A stretch of 63,983 nucleotides of DNA, the filler included, from Fonticula-like sp. SCN 57-25 (taxonomy: Eukaryota): the NCBI GenBank assembly GCA_001724245.1. It is 10 parts of 10 records of this genome, joined end to end, with 100 filler letters (N's around TTAATTAATTAA, not from the genome) between each part and the next. Parts side by side here need not be neighbours in the genome. Positions count along the whole stretch, not along the records: positions 45,285 to 51,518 come from MEDX01000468.1; positions 51,619 to 57,845 come from MEDX01000469.1; 8 more parts are not named here. One strand, given 5' to 3'. Of the stretch, positions 45,285 through 57,945 are shown piece by piece; within the stretch, counting starts at the first letter, position 1, and each line of letters starts with the position of its first letter. Below the pieces are notes generated by a model. That model searched no databases, was not told the origin of the DNA, and was given only the letters and a program-made list of their open reading frames with translations. Position numbers and translations under genes: made by a program.

Positions 45285-48200
45285 CTGCGTGGCGCGCGTG
45301 GCCACGTCATTGGTGCTCATATAAGCAGCTGTGCGCGACCGGATCTCGTGCGGCAGCAGCATGCGGTCGGTGGGCGGGACAGGAAGTGACATCCAGCGGC
45401 AGTGGGTGAGCACGCGGGAGAGGTCGACGGGGTGGTCGGAGGATTCCATGGCGGCGGGGTCGAGGCCGTCGTCGCCGTAGCGGAATTGGACGACTTGCTC
45501 GTTCGAGTTGCGCACGGAATAGTCATATTGAACTGACAGGTCTTCAAGGGCCTATTAAAAAGGGATTAGTTAAAGAGAAGCAGAAGAGAAAAAGAGGAGG
45601 AAGAAGCAAGAAGTCTTAAAAACAGTCATGAAACAGTCATAAAAAGTCATCAATGACACTCATCAATGGCACTCATCAATGACACTCATCATCAATAACA
45701 ACATCAATAACAGCATCAATAACAGCCATTCAACTTCAACTTCAAATTCTTCTTCAAATGCGCACCTTCATGAGACGACGCTGCATGTAACCGGTCTCGG
45801 CCGTCTTCACTGCCGTATCAACAAGACCCTCGCGACCGCCCATCGTGTGGAAGAAAAACTCGGTCGGCGTCAAGCCAGTGTAAAAGCTGTTGCGAACAAA
45901 TCCCTTGGCATCAGGCGCCTTGGCTAAAGTAAAATTGTTAGCAAAGAGTGCAAGAAAAAATGGAAAAAACATGCACAAACATGATTGAAACATACACAAA
46001 CATGCACATCACATGACATCACATAACCAAACTTTAATGTTACGTACAGTTGACGGCAAAGTGGGGCAGTGTGCGATGCACAAACCCATCCGGAATGCGC
46101 GTTCCGTTCACTACCTGCTGCCCCACGCACGCCACCATCTGCGAGATATTAATCTTTGACCCCTTTGACCCGCAGATGGCCATGATAAGCGGGCTATTGT
46201 AACGGTCGAGCTCGCTCAAGCAAATCTGACCGGCATCATCACGAATCTTGCTCAGCTCGCCCGTCATTTTTGCTTCAAGTGTCTGCTCGGCAGTGCAGCC
46301 AGGCGACAGCTGCAGCTTGTTCTCATTGAAGAGCTGGATAAAGTTGTCGCAGTTGCTGTAGCCGCGCGACACGAGGCTGTCCTTTTTGACGACGAGCGTG
46401 TCGCCGGGGCGCACGTCTTCGATGCCGATGGAGAAGCCGTGGTTGCCGAGCCAGCGCGCGCACAGCTTGGCGAGGCGCGACATGGCAGAGACGGCTTCGT
46501 CGGCGCCATAGTCGCGCATGATGACGTAAAAGATGGTGCTCTTGGAGCCGGAGCCGACATTGGACTTGTCCATCGAGCCGCAGATGAACTCGCTGTCGCG
46601 CACAATCAAATCTAATATGAAAAGTGTCAGAAATGCAACATAACGAATCATTAAACATGCGTACATCCGTCGTTGACACACATGTCCTTGTTGGTGGTGT
46701 ACGACTTTGTCTTGCACTCGAGGTTGATCTTGACATTGGACGCCTTGTTGGGACGCACAAGCACGCTAAAGATCTGCTTGCCGGTCCACATGCGCACGGG
46801 CTGTAATAAAAAAATTGTCAGTAAAACACAAGAAATAACAAAAAAACGCACCTTGATGATGGCCGGCTCGGGAAGGTCGATTGACATGAGGCCGTCTTCC
46901 ATGTATGAGCAGATTTGGGCGACCTCTGCGCGCGTATAAAACACGTCCTTTCGCGAGAGCAGATAGCACGCCGAGATGAAATCCTGCGTGGCCGCAATCA
47001 CAGGCTCGCCGTTGCGCGGCGTCACGAGATTATCCTTGACGCCCATCAGCACGAGCGCCTCTGAGCGCGCCTCCTCCGTCTGCGGCACGTGCACGTTCAT
47101 CTCGTCGCCGTCAAAGTCGGCGTTGTAGGGCGTGCAGACGCACTCGTTGAGGCGGAATGTGCGCCACGGCCGCACCTTGACGTAGTGCGCCATGATACTG
47201 AGCTTGTGCAGCGACGGCTGGCGGTTGAACAGGACAACGTCGCCGTCGCTCAGGTGCCGCTCGACAATGTCGCCGACCTTGAGCTGCGCCGCCGTCTTTT
47301 GGCGGTCGCGCACATACTTTAAAAACAGCTTGCGGCCGTCGGGCGTCTGAAGGTAGTTGGCGCCGGGGTGCACGTCGGGGCCGTTGATGATGAGCTGGCG
47401 CATCCGCTGGATGTTGTGCTCAAACACGCGCTCGGGGTACGTGAGCACCTTGGCGACGAGCTCGGGGATGCCGACCTCGTTGATGCGCAGGTTCGGATCG
47501 GGCGAGATGACCGTGCGGCTCGAAAAGTCGACGCGCTTGCCAGAAAGGTTGCCACGGAAGCGGCCAGTCTTGCCCTTGAGGCGCTGGCAGAAACCGCGCG
47601 TCGGCTTGCCCTGCATGGGCGCGGCGAGCTGCACGCCGGGCAGCTCGCTGTTGATGTACATGGCGCACTGCAGCTGCAAAAAGTCCCAGTCCTCCATAAG
47701 GACGGTGATCAGCGCGCCCTTTTCAATGGCCTGCTTGATAATGTTGTTGATGTGGACAATCTCCATCAGCTTGATCGTCAGATCGTCTTCGTTACTGCCG
47801 GCCGAGGCGTCCATCGCGACAGAAGGGCGAATGCACACGGGGGGGACGGGGAGGTACGACCAGATGAACAGCTCGGGGCGGCCGCGCACAGGGTCCATTC
47901 CAAGCAGCTCAACGTCCTCGTCGGTCATGGCCTCAAAGAGGCGCTGCACGCGAAGGGGGTGGAGGTCTTCCTGCGCCTTGCCAAGATGCTGCTTGAGCTC
48001 GGGGTTGGCCTCGACGGCGTCGCGGTGCGTAAAGGCAACGTCAGAGCCGCCCTTGCCCTTGTTGCTGTGCACGCGGTCAGCATTATAAAAAATACTCAGG
48101 ATGGCGTACCGCTCGTGAAAGATCTTGAGCGCGCCCGTCTTCTTTACCGAGCCGTTAAAGGACCCGCAGTACGGGCAGAGAGTCGTCTTCCTGCAGCGCT

Positions 48201-48740
48201 CGTGGATGCGCTTGACGAGCGTCTTCTTTTGAAGCCCATCGAGGTACGGATACCGCATCTTTGCCAGGAAGGAGCGGCGCTCCGCTTCGGGAAGGAGCAC
48301 GCGGCTGCATGTCTTGCAAATGTTTTGAAGCGTGTTCAGGATCGACTTGTAATAGCCAATGTGGAACACGGGAAGCTCGAGCTTGATGTGACCGAAATGG
48401 CCGGCGCAGTCTGCGAGGCGGCAGCCGCAGGTCTCGCAGCTCACGTTCTTGTCCGATGTACCCTAGATCGAACACACGTGAGCACGAGGGAGCGGGAAAA
48501 GCAGCAAGAGGGCGTACGAGGCGGCGGTCAAGGCAGCCGTTCGGGGTCGGAGTGCGATCCGACACGGAATAGAGCTCGCGGTTGACGACCTCAAACTCTG
48601 AGATGCTCGCGACTTCCTGCGGCGACAAGACTCCAAAGTGGATTGCCTTGCTGCATCGGACATTAACAACAACGAAAGAAAAACCCAGGGTTCGCGCACA
48701 TCTTCTTTGGCGAATCGCTCGCCCAGATGAAATCCTTCAT
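45285..48740 (-). CDS. POLR3A: RNA polymerase III largest subunit RPC1, 3' truncated
   Basis: [73 protein letters not shown]. Confidence 0.96.
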
Positions 48741-49052
48741 GGCGACCACGCTGTCTACAATGGACCGTGTAGCAGCGGTGGTGTGCCGTGCGGCGGGAGG
48801 GGCCGCGAGGGATCAAATCAGACAAATCAGACGTGTCCACGCAATTTCTCCTGATTTTGTCTGATTTTGATGTCGCGCTTGCATGGCGCCTATGGGATCG
48901 GATGTGATGCGCGCACGTCAACAAGTAAAGAAATTGTGGGCATAGCGAGCATGCATTGAGCGCATTAAACAAAAGGTGGTATTGCGGTATTGAGATATTA
49001 TTAAAACGACCGTCGCCGAGAGACAAACCCCCGGCCTTCTCCGACCGTCATT

Positions 49053-50442
49053 TTACAAGTGCGACGCCTCGAGGTACTTTTCGACGTCGAGGGCGGCCAT
49101 GCAGCCAGTGCCGGCAGCCGTGATAGCCTGGCGGTAGCGCTTGTCCTGGACATCGCCCGAGGCGAACACGCCGGGAACGCTGGTCTCGGTGGTGCCCGGC
49201 TTGACAGCGATGTAGCCGTCCTCGTCGAGGGCGAGCTGGCCGCCGAGGAAAGCGGTGTTGGGCACGTGGCCGATGGCGTAGAAAAGGCCGTTCACGTCGA
49301 GGCGCTCCTTGGTGTCGCGCGCAGTGTTGTGAATCATGAGGTGGTCGAGGAGCTTGCCATTGCCGTCGGCAGAGATGGCCTGCGTGTTCCAAAGAATCTC
49401 AATCTGGAGAGGAGACAGGTTAGCGGAGAATCCAACAAGAAAATTGCACAAATGTACCTTGGGGTTCTTGAGGGCGCGCTCCTGCATGACGTTGGAGGCG
49501 CGAAGCTTGTCGCGGCGGACGAGCATGTACACCTTGGACGCCTTCTTGGTCAGGTAGTTGGCCTCCTCGACGGCAGAGTCGCCACCACCGATCACGGCGA
49601 GCGGCTTGTTGCGGAAAATCGGGGCGCTGCCTAAACATCGTGTGTGTCAGCCATAGTTGCTGTATTCAAATAATAAACGCACCGTCGCAAACGGCGCAGG
49701 CCGAGATGCCGCGCTGCCAGTAAAAGTCCTCGCCGGGGATGTTCATGCGCTTGGCGGTGGCGCCAGTGGCAATGATGAGCGACTGCGTCAGGATCGGCGC
49801 CTCGTTCTCCTCGCCCTCAAGCCAGAGCTTGAAGGGGCGCGCGCTCAGATCAACCTTCGAAACAGTCTGCCTAGAATCAGATGTCAGCAATGGGAGTTTG
49901 CCAACCCACAGCCGTACGTGATGATCTCGGTGCCCTGGTTGACCGACTGCTCGCGCATGGCCACCATGAGCTCCGAGCCGCCAATTCCGTTCGGGAAGCC
50001 GGGGAAGTTCTCGACATCGGTCGTCGTGGTGAGCTGGCCGCCTATCGTCAACGCATTAGCAACGAGGGAGAACAGCGCTGACAAAGCGTACCAGCGGCAA
50101 CGCCAGCCGCCATGAAGCCCTCAAAGAGGACAGGCTCGAGGTTGGCACGCGCGGCATAGATAGCCGCAGTGTGAGCACTACGCGCAGGCGGTCATGTCAG
50201 TACTCTCGCTCGCCCCGCATCAAATGTGCGCACCTCGGGCCCGAGCCGATGATGGCGGTCTTGAGGACGCGCGAACGGTCGGCGAGGATAGAAGGCGTCG
50301 TGGACACCGCGGCCTGCTCAGTCTCACCCATGCTGAAAAAACGCGCTGAAAGAACTCGACAAGGAGCAAACGACTGCTGACGAGCAAGCGATGTGCGTGC
50401 CGGTGCGAGAATCGAGCGCCCTACTACGAGCAAGATCCGCAT
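49053..50442 (-). CDS. TRR1: Low-molecular-weight thioredoxin reductase; upstream ATG 50442 adds a mitochondrial presequence, second ATG at 50331
   Basis: [66 protein letters not shown]. Confidence 0.95.
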
Positions 50443-50631
50443 GTGAAATGGGCGTCCGAGTCGGGGGCGGAATCCGCTCATATGATTGCGTTCGACTCTG
50501 ATTGGCCAGCCTCGATTAACTATGCAGGTAGTACCAAAAAAGGCACCTCTTCCGCTGGGCCGGGTGGGCATCGAGGGGTACACCTGTTTCGTACAGGCGC
50601 GTGCTGAGGAGGATAGCGCGTGCCGGTGGCC

Positions 50632-51518
50632 ATGCACGGCGTCAAGCGTGAGAAGGTGACCGAGGCGGTCGCTGCCGCCAAGCGCAAGGCGCAGCAGGAG
50701 CAGATATCCAAGTATCAGGCTCTTGTTGCCGAGACGCGCGCGAAGCGTGTGGCCGGCGCCTATGATCAGGAAGCGCTGCTGCTGACCAACAAGCTACTAA
50801 ACATGAACCCCGAGTACTACACCTTTTGGAATTTTCGCCGCGAGATCCTCTCGTCTCAGTTGAAGGATATTCCGAGGGAAAAGCACGACGCATTTATTGC
50901 AAAGGAGCTAAAATTCAACGTCGAGTGCATTAAAAAGGCCCACAAGTCCTACTGGGTATGGCACCACCGCGTCTGGATCATCCAAAAGATGGTGTCTCCG
51001 CCGTGGCATGCCGAGCTAGATCTGTGCGCCGCTCTGCTTAACATTGACAAGAGGAATTGTACGTGCTATTTTTTGGTATGATTTTCGCCGCTGACGTGTC
51101 ACCTAGTCCACTGCTGGGATTATCGCCGCTTTGTGCGCGCTCACGTTCCCGAGTCCGCCAAGGAAGAGCTCAGTTACACGTACAAGAAGGTCTGCCAAAA
51201 CTTTTCCAATTACTCTGCCTTCCATCTTCGCTCGACGCTCATGCCCGGCGTGCACGACACCGAGTCCTGCGAGGATCGCGCCAAGTCGCTCCATGGCGGT
51301 ACGATGTCTCGTGCCATCGCGGACGCTGCTGACGTGTCACTGCACAGAATTTGAGCTCGTCAGGAACGCCATTTTCACCGAGCCCAACGACCAGTCGCCG
51401 TGGTTCTACCACCGCTGGCTGCTCGGCCGCTGTACGCTGCGGCTCTTTGCATCTTATTCGCTGACACCCGATCGTCCTTAGCCGCCATGCCCGTGCGCTG
51501 CCTCGGCGCGTACCTGGT
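50632..51518 (+). CDS. RABGGTA: Rab geranylgeranyltransferase alpha subunit, 3' truncated
   Basis: MHGVKR, NPEYYTFWNFRRE, KSYWVWHHRVW, HCWDYRRFV, NFSNYSAFHLR, FTEPNDQSPWFYHRWLL. Confidence 0.93.
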
Positions 51519-51618
51519 NNNNNNNNNNNNNNNNNNNNNNNNNNNNNNNNNNNNNNNNNNNNTTAATTAATTAANNNNNNNNNNNNNNNNNNNNNNNNNN
51601 NNNNNNNNNNNNNNNNNN

Positions 51619-51973
51619 CTTTTGCATCCGATGGTTCCAGTCGTCCATCTGTGGACGCATCAGCGGCCGATAGAGAAACGTGCCAGATGCGTACGGAATG
51701 AATGTCGAGCACCCTTGTGGTTCCATATATGAGTGCACCAAACCCGCTCACCGCCAACAATGTCCCAAGGCCGAGCGCCTGGATGGCAATGACCGCCTTG
51801 TTCTCCCCCAGGCGGAACATCATGGTGCGTGGCAACACACGAAAACGCGGGAAAACGATATTGTCCACGTGGTCTTGTGCTGTCATCACAGGAAATTTGT
51901 GTGCCTGTGGCTCAAGTGCATGCCAATAGCGCTCAATGAAGCGGATATTTGCTGTATTTTCGATAGTTGACAT
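51619..51973 (-). CDS. TMEM242/Aim11-like membrane protein, 3' truncated
   Basis: IAIQALGLGTLLAVSGFGALIYGTTRVLDIHS. Confidence 0.55.
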
Positions 51974-52011
51974 AATTCACAGTAATAGTACATGTTCAAA
52001 AATGTTTGGGT

Positions 52012-53953
52012 TTACTTGATTGCGTTGAGGAGCGCCTGCGCAGACGCTTGGTCCTCTTTTGAGAGCTGCGCGCACTCCTTCCGCATGCTGGCGATGCACG
52101 GGCTTGCCTTAAGGATGGCGGCGGCCCCCACCCAGCTCGGCACCATTGTGGCGACCGCGTTGACGAGCACCCAAAACAGCTCTGTGATGCCGTCGCCTGG
52201 ATCGCTCCTTGCGCGCGGCCACGCGACCTGGAACGCGCCGTCGACCATCCTCGCCAGCTCGTCGTTCCTAAAAGTGCTATCCGCGCCGCCCTCCACCGTT
52301 TCCAGCCTGAGACGCACGGCGAAAACGACAATCGCGACCGCGTAGACAAACACGTCGGCCCACCCGCGAGGCTCCGCAACCACCACGCGATCTGAAAGCA
52401 AGGAGCTGGGTTAGCAAGGCGAATTAACGTACGCCGCGGGTCGTACCAATATGGGGCAGCAGATCGGCGAGCGGCATGGCGGCGGTCACGACGGCGCTTC
52501 CTTCGTAGGCCGCCTGCGGTGGCGCGACGACAATGTTGAGGAGCGCCGCGAGCAGGGTAATGGTCGACTGCCGCGGTTCGTGGGCGGCGTCCGCGGCGCG
52601 CAGGTCGCGCACGACGGCGTCCGAGACGACCGCTGCTCCACCCGCGTCCATAAAGGCGTCGACCAGCCGCTCGTCGGCGGTCGCGTTGTCGAAAAACGGC
52701 GCAAACATGTCGGCCTTTTCCCGGTCCTCGCGCGCCTGCCCGACGATGAGCGGCATGACGCGCTCGATGGCGGCGGCGCGCGCGTCCGAAAAGCCCGTCT
52801 CGACAGCGAGGTACGCGGCAAGCGCACGCATGCACGCGGCGCCGCCGTGTGGCGCGTCATTGAGCGCGGGGCCCTCGTCGGCCATGACGTCAACGATGCC
52901 GCCAAAGGCCGCGTCCAGGCTGCGCTGCACCGCGTCAAGCCGCTCGCCGGTGAGCGTCAGTCGCCCTTCGTCCGACGACGAAAGTGAGCGAACGACGGCG
53001 AGCACAATGTCGAGTGCCGACGGGAGCACACGCTCCACGCGGGCGGCGTCGCGACGCTCGTCTTCCACCAGCACGCGCACCTCGACAACGGCGAGCTGGA
53101 ACGTAGCCAATATGAACGAGATGTCGTCCGCGGGCAGCCATGCAAGGCCGGACGGGCCGCGGAGGAGCGCGCCCGTAAAGCACAGCAGGTCGCCGCGGTG
53201 CGACGCGGGGAGACGGCTCAGCATCGCGCCGCGCAGGGTCACGCGCAGCGACGCCAGCGAGCGCGGTGGAAGGTCCTCGACGGACGGCGCCGTCACTGAC
53301 GCAATGCGGGCGCACCCGTCAATTAATACAAACTTGAAGGCGTTCGAAAGCGGCTCGGCGAGCTCCACGAGCGTGCACATCGCTGTCAGCAGAGCGCCGC
53401 GGTTCGCAGAGACGAACTCGTCATCGAGCAAAAGAGGGCTGATGACATTGAGCCACGAGGACATCAGCTCCTCACTGGACTGCACGCTAGGCACGCCGCA
53501 GAGGCCAAGCAGCCAGGACGCTACGAGCGGATCGCGCACGCGGCGCCGGCCGGCATCGTGCGACAAGGCGCTCGCAAACACACCGAGCGCATCCTGCGCC
53601 ATCGATAGCGTCAGATCGGCCGCGGGGCCGACGCGGGCGACTGCCGAAAGGCGCGCCGCAAACGACTCGTGCGACGCAATTAAGGGCGACGTGCCAAGTG
53701 CGCTCAGCATTGCAAGCGCGACGGACGCAAGCTGCAAGGGCGAGGTGTCGCCGCCCGCGGGCGCGTTCGATGTCAGCAGCCGATCAACAAAGTCATGACT
53801 GAGAGCGGCAAAGATCGCGCCAAGCGTCTCCTCGGGCGCCTTCTCGGCAAGGCGCGCGACTATTAAAAGACCGGCCAGGCGCTCAGAGTCGCTCGCCGCG
53901 CCGCCCAAAAGCGGCAGCACGGCCCTGAGCTGCTTCTCCCGCGCCTCCTCCAT
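52012..53953 (-). CDS. NCDN: Neurochondrin family ARM-repeat protein
   Basis: LLGGAASDSERLAGLLIVARL, IFAALSHDFVDRLL, LAVVEVRV, ACMRALAAYLAVET; one intron near 52395-52430. Confidence 0.8.
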
Positions 53954-54413
53954 CGGTGGCCACGTGAAATCGCAATGTGTGCGCGGTTTGCAGCGCACTG
54001 GACGCTCATGATCTGTACATGACCAGTCTTAAATGGCACTTGGCAAGAGGAAAAGTAGCGTTTGTAACATATTATTGAGGCTATTACTTCCAAACACTCT
54101 TTGCGTGCGCAATGAGGGGCGTCAACACAAAAAAGGCAACCAAGGGATCGCGTCAGCAAGTGACCGCGTCTAGCAATAGCAAGCAGGGGTGTGAAAGGTA
54201 AAACTACAACACCGAATGAAAAGGGCAATCGTGGACAAGTAAAATAGCTATACACGAGTGAACACAACACACAACCAAATTAAAAGAGCACAAAATACAC
54301 GATAAAGAAGGAGGAGCGCCGAGCCTTGGACGCCTCACGACAGTGATTCTTAATAAGATAGGGTAGATATGCGCGCGCGCGCGGCCTAAGCAACACAAGG
54401 CCCGCCGCTACTG

Positions 54414-55664
54414 TTATACGGAAACGGAAAGGAACCAATCGGGGATGGCGTCGCCGTGCGCGCCGCCCTGTCCGTCACTCGGCGCCTCGCTGCAGTCGAC
54501 CATGAACAGCTCGACGGTCGGTGACACGACGGACGCCGTGGAGAAGCTGTCGAGGTCCTCCAGGTGCATGCGCACGTCGTCCTCGTGCAGGTCGACGCCC
54601 TCGCCCTCGCCCGTGGACGACGACACAATGTTGATCGAGCGGTCGACAATCACAAGCGGACGCGGCACGCCATTGTGCGCGGCCGACGGCACGGCGTCCT
54701 CGTCCATCTGCGACATGCGGCGGCGCTTGGGGGGGCTCGCCGAGCCCATCGCCGACGCCGCCGACGAGGGCGACGAAGCCGACTGCGACGACGACTGGGA
54801 CGAACCATTCGTGGCGGGCGCGGCGGACGACGGCCGGCCGCGCTTGCCATTGTCGTTGAGCGCGGAAGCGGCGCCAGAGCCGGCGGCGGGCGCACTCGCT
54901 GCGGCGGGCGCACCGGCCTCGTCGCGCTTTGAGCGGCGCTTCTTGAACGCGCTGTTGTTGAACGCCTCGGCGGCCTTGGCGTCGATGGTCCAAAAGGCGC
55001 CCTTACCCGGCTCGTTCTCGGTGCGCGGCATCTTGACAAAGCACTTGTTGAGCGAGAGGTTGTGGCGGATCGAGTTCTGCCACTGCCAGCCGTTGTCCTT
55101 GTTGCGGTAGTAGGGGAACGTCTCCATGATCCAAGTGTAGATGCTGTTGAGCGTGAGGCGCTTGTCTATCGAGTGGTTGATGGCCTGAGCGATCAGGGCG
55201 GCGTAGGAAAACGGCGGCTTCACGTCGCCCAGGCGGTAGTCCGCATTCGAGTCGTCGTCAGAGTCAATGGAGCCGGGGCTCGAGGGCGCGCGGTTGAACA
55301 CGGGCACGGCATCCTCGCTCTTGACCGGCGAAGGCGTAGACGAACTGCTCGACACCGACATCGAGGTTAGCGGAGGCGACATGTCATCGTCGCAGAGCGA
55401 GGTGAAGGGCGCATTCAGCGAAAGGCGCGTCGTCATGACGGGGACGCGGCCGTCGCAACTCAAAGAAGCAGACGACGTCGCAGAGGGGATGCTCTCATTG
55501 CTCATCGAGAAGCGGCGCCGCGTCGCGATCGCCGCCTCGGGACGTAATGAAGCCGGATCGACAGATGCGCGCTGGACATAGCTCCCGCTCAGGCCAAAGC
55601 CGGGGTAGTCGGTGCCGCTCATGTGGCGCGCTTGTGAATGAAGTAGAAAGGGACTCGACGCCAT
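54414..55664 (-). CDS. Forkhead-box transcription factor (FoxJ/K/Fkh-like domain, no FHA seen)
   Basis: [14 protein letters not shown]...[39 protein letters not shown]. Confidence 0.95.
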   Translation of the reverse strand: MASSPFLLHSQARHMSGTDYPGFGLSGSYVQRASVDPASLRPEAAIATRRRFSMSNESIPSATSSASLSCDGRVPVMTTRLSLNAPFTSLCDDDMSPPLTSMSVSSSSSTPSPVKSEDAVPVFNRAPSSPGSIDSDDDSNADYRLGDVKPPFSYAALIAQAINHSIDKRLTLNSIYTWIMETFPYYRNKDNGWQWQNSIRHNLSLNKCFVKMPRTENEPGKGAFWTIDAKAAEAFNNSAFKKRRSKRDEAGAPAAASAPAAGSGAASALNDNGKRGRPSSAAPATNGSSQSSSQSASSPSSAASAMGSASPPKRRRMSQMDEDAVPSAAHNGVPRPLVIVDRSINIVSSSTGEGEGVDLHEDDVRMHLEDLDSFSTASVVSPTVELFMVDCSEAPSDGQGGAHGDAIPDWFLSVSV

Positions 55665-56510
55665 GGCGACTGGTGGCGCTTAAGTCGACTGGAAAGGCGC
55701 CGCGGTCTAGTAACGGAAAGCAGCGAGCGCACTCAAAGCGCTGTCTTCAAAACTGGCGCTGAAATACGCGCTCTAGAAAAGAACAAAAAAAGAGAGCACG
55801 ATCGCGCTCGGCCGCTCACGGGCAGACTAAAGACTGGGCTCGCCCTAGGCTTGACGACGGCAAAGAACTGACTTGAGAAGCGGTTCAAAGGCGAACGGGA
55901 TTACCCAAAACAAAATACGACTCGTGACGACCTCCGATAAGACTCCTTGTTTCACAATACAGCAGCTCACTTTGCACGCTCGACGCAAGTAGGCTCTCGC
56001 TCTTTTCCCACACTGCAAGGACTCTCGTAGACCTGGTTCCGCTGGGACGCTACGGTTTCGGCCAAAGTTGACGTTTCGGGCTAAACATAAACAGAGCCAA
56101 GTGAACTGCCCCAATCATGCCACTTGGTATGTCGACCTCAGCGGGGTGTGCTACCCTGACGGAGAATTTCCAGGGGAGATTTAAACCGGGGGTGGTTGCG
56201 CTAGATCCCCCGCGAGGAACGTTGCTGATTGGCCAGCGGACAGGCCACCTCTCGCGATCCTGATTGGCTCGCAGCTCATTAAAATAGATGCCACGATTCC
56301 CTTATTGGGGGTGAAGGGCTCAAGTCTCACGTCAACCTGTGGACAGCTGCGGCAATGCTGTGAATTTGAGCGGAAGGTCGGCAAATGCAACTGCAGACTG
56401 GCAATTACCGGGGAGTACACTGCAAAAGACTAAACCAAACGTGTATCCGCTTTGTTACAGTATTCGATACAATAAAACTGCTATCACTTTTTGCGCCTCA
56501 TATATACCCA

Positions 56511-57845
56511 CTACGCCTTTGCGGCCTCTGGCGCCTTGGCCGGCTCGGGAGCTGACGCCTTGGCGGGCTCGGGAGCGGACGTCTTGGCAGCCTCCGGTGC
56601 CTTGGTGGCCTCAGGTGCCGACGCCTTGGCAGCCTCGGGGGCAGCGGCGGTGCGGGGAGGGCGGTCTCCGCCCCTGCGGCGGTCGTCGTTGTGGCCCGCC
56701 GAGCGGCCACCAGCAACCGAAGAGCGCGGGCGCGAAAAGTCAAACTCGCGGACGTAATAGGAAGCGTTGGCAATCGTTACCTGACCCTTCTTAAGCACGT
56801 CGCGCATGTGCGCCTCGTCCGCGAAATCGACCATTGAGCCCGATACGCGAGCAAGGTTCAAGTCCTTGAACGCAGCGCGCACGTCGGCCTCTGGCGTCGA
56901 CTTTTGCAAGCCATTGATCACGATGCGGAAGGGGTTGGAGTGCGTAGGGGTCGCGGTAGCAGGCGTAGCAGCAGTGGCAGCAGCTGGCGCGGCAGCAGCA
57001 GCAGCAGCAGGGGCCGCAGCAGCCGGGGTAGCAGAGGCCGCAGGGGCCGCAGGGCGGGCGGCGGGGGTCGACGTCGTGCGGGCAGCGTCGGAAGCGGGCG
57101 CGGCAGCCGGGGCTGCGACTGCCGCCGGGGCCACCGCCGGCTTGAGGAACGACGGGGGCCGCGAAACGGGCGCATTGGCGACGTTGGACGAAGAGGGAGT
57201 GTAGTGCGAGCGCGCGTGCGGCGCCCGGCGAAGACGCCTCTGGCCAGCAGATTCGGTCCCAAACGAGTATGTGTCTACTTGTACGTTGCCATTGTCTAGG
57301 TGAAGCACAGCGTAGCCGTACGCGAGCGCCGGGACGCACACGTTCAGCACGCTCTCTGTTGGCTGCCACAGCGACCGGTTTGTGAGCTTGGCGAGGGCGC
57401 GGTCGATAAGCTCGGCCTGCCTCTTGTCCTGCGCCTCCTCGACAAAGCCGCGCACCTCGTGCCACAAGTGAGACACCTGGTCGGCCGCCGCAGACGCCTT
57501 GTGCGTGATCAGCGAGAGCGAATCGACTAGCGTGACGTGGGCCGCCTTGGGGGCGCTCGAGATGAGCAGGCCGGCCTTGACGCCGTGCGCGAGCTGTGCC
57601 ACCGACCCCTGCTCAAACGGCGAGTCCTGTGTCACCAAGAGCCGCGTGGAGAGCGGAAGCGCGTTGGCCGTGGTGAGAAGCTCGCCGGCCTGCAGCGCTG
57701 TGAGCCACATTCCTCCGCTTTCATTGCCCGCCGTGGAGCCCACGCCTTCGCCGACATCAAACAGCTGGTGATGCACAAACGCGCCACCAAGGCCAAACAA
57801 CCGCACGCCAGACTCGACAAAAGAAACGCGCTCAGACAGGAGATA
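56511..57845 (-). CDS. DUF2433-like domain, Ala/Pro linker and RRM-like domain, 5' truncated
   Basis: RLFGLGGAFVHHQLFDVGEG..STAG..GGMWLTALQAGEL resembles fungal DUF2433; FRIVINGLQKSTPEADVRAAF..VDFADE is RRM-like. Confidence 0.6.
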   Translation of the reverse strand, partial: YLLSERVSFVESGVRLFGLGGAFVHHQLFDVGEGVGSTAGNESGGMWLTALQAGELLTTANALPLSTRLLVTQDSPFEQGSVAQLAHGVKAGLLISSAPKAAHVTLVDSLSLITHKASAAADQVSHLWHEVRGFVEEAQDKRQAELIDRALAKLTNRSLWQPTESVLNVCVPALAYGYAVLHLDNGNVQVDTYSFGTESAGQRRLRRAPHARSHYTPSSSNVANAPVSRPPSFLKPAVAPAAVAAPAAAPASDAARTTSTPAARPAAPAASATPAAAAPAAAAAAAPAAATAATPATATPTHSNPFRIVINGLQKSTPEADVRAAFKDLNLARVSGSMVDFADEAHMRDVLKKGQVTIANASYYVREFDFSRPRSSVAGGRSAGHNDDRRRGGDRPPRTAAAPEAAKASAPEATKAPEAAKTSAPEPAKASAPEPAKAPEAAKA

Positions 57846-57945
57846 NNNNNNNNNNNNNNNNNNNNNNNNNNNNNNNNNNNNNNNNNNNNTTAATTAATTA
57901 ANNNNNNNNNNNNNNNNNNNNNNNNNNNNNNNNNNNNNNNNNNNN

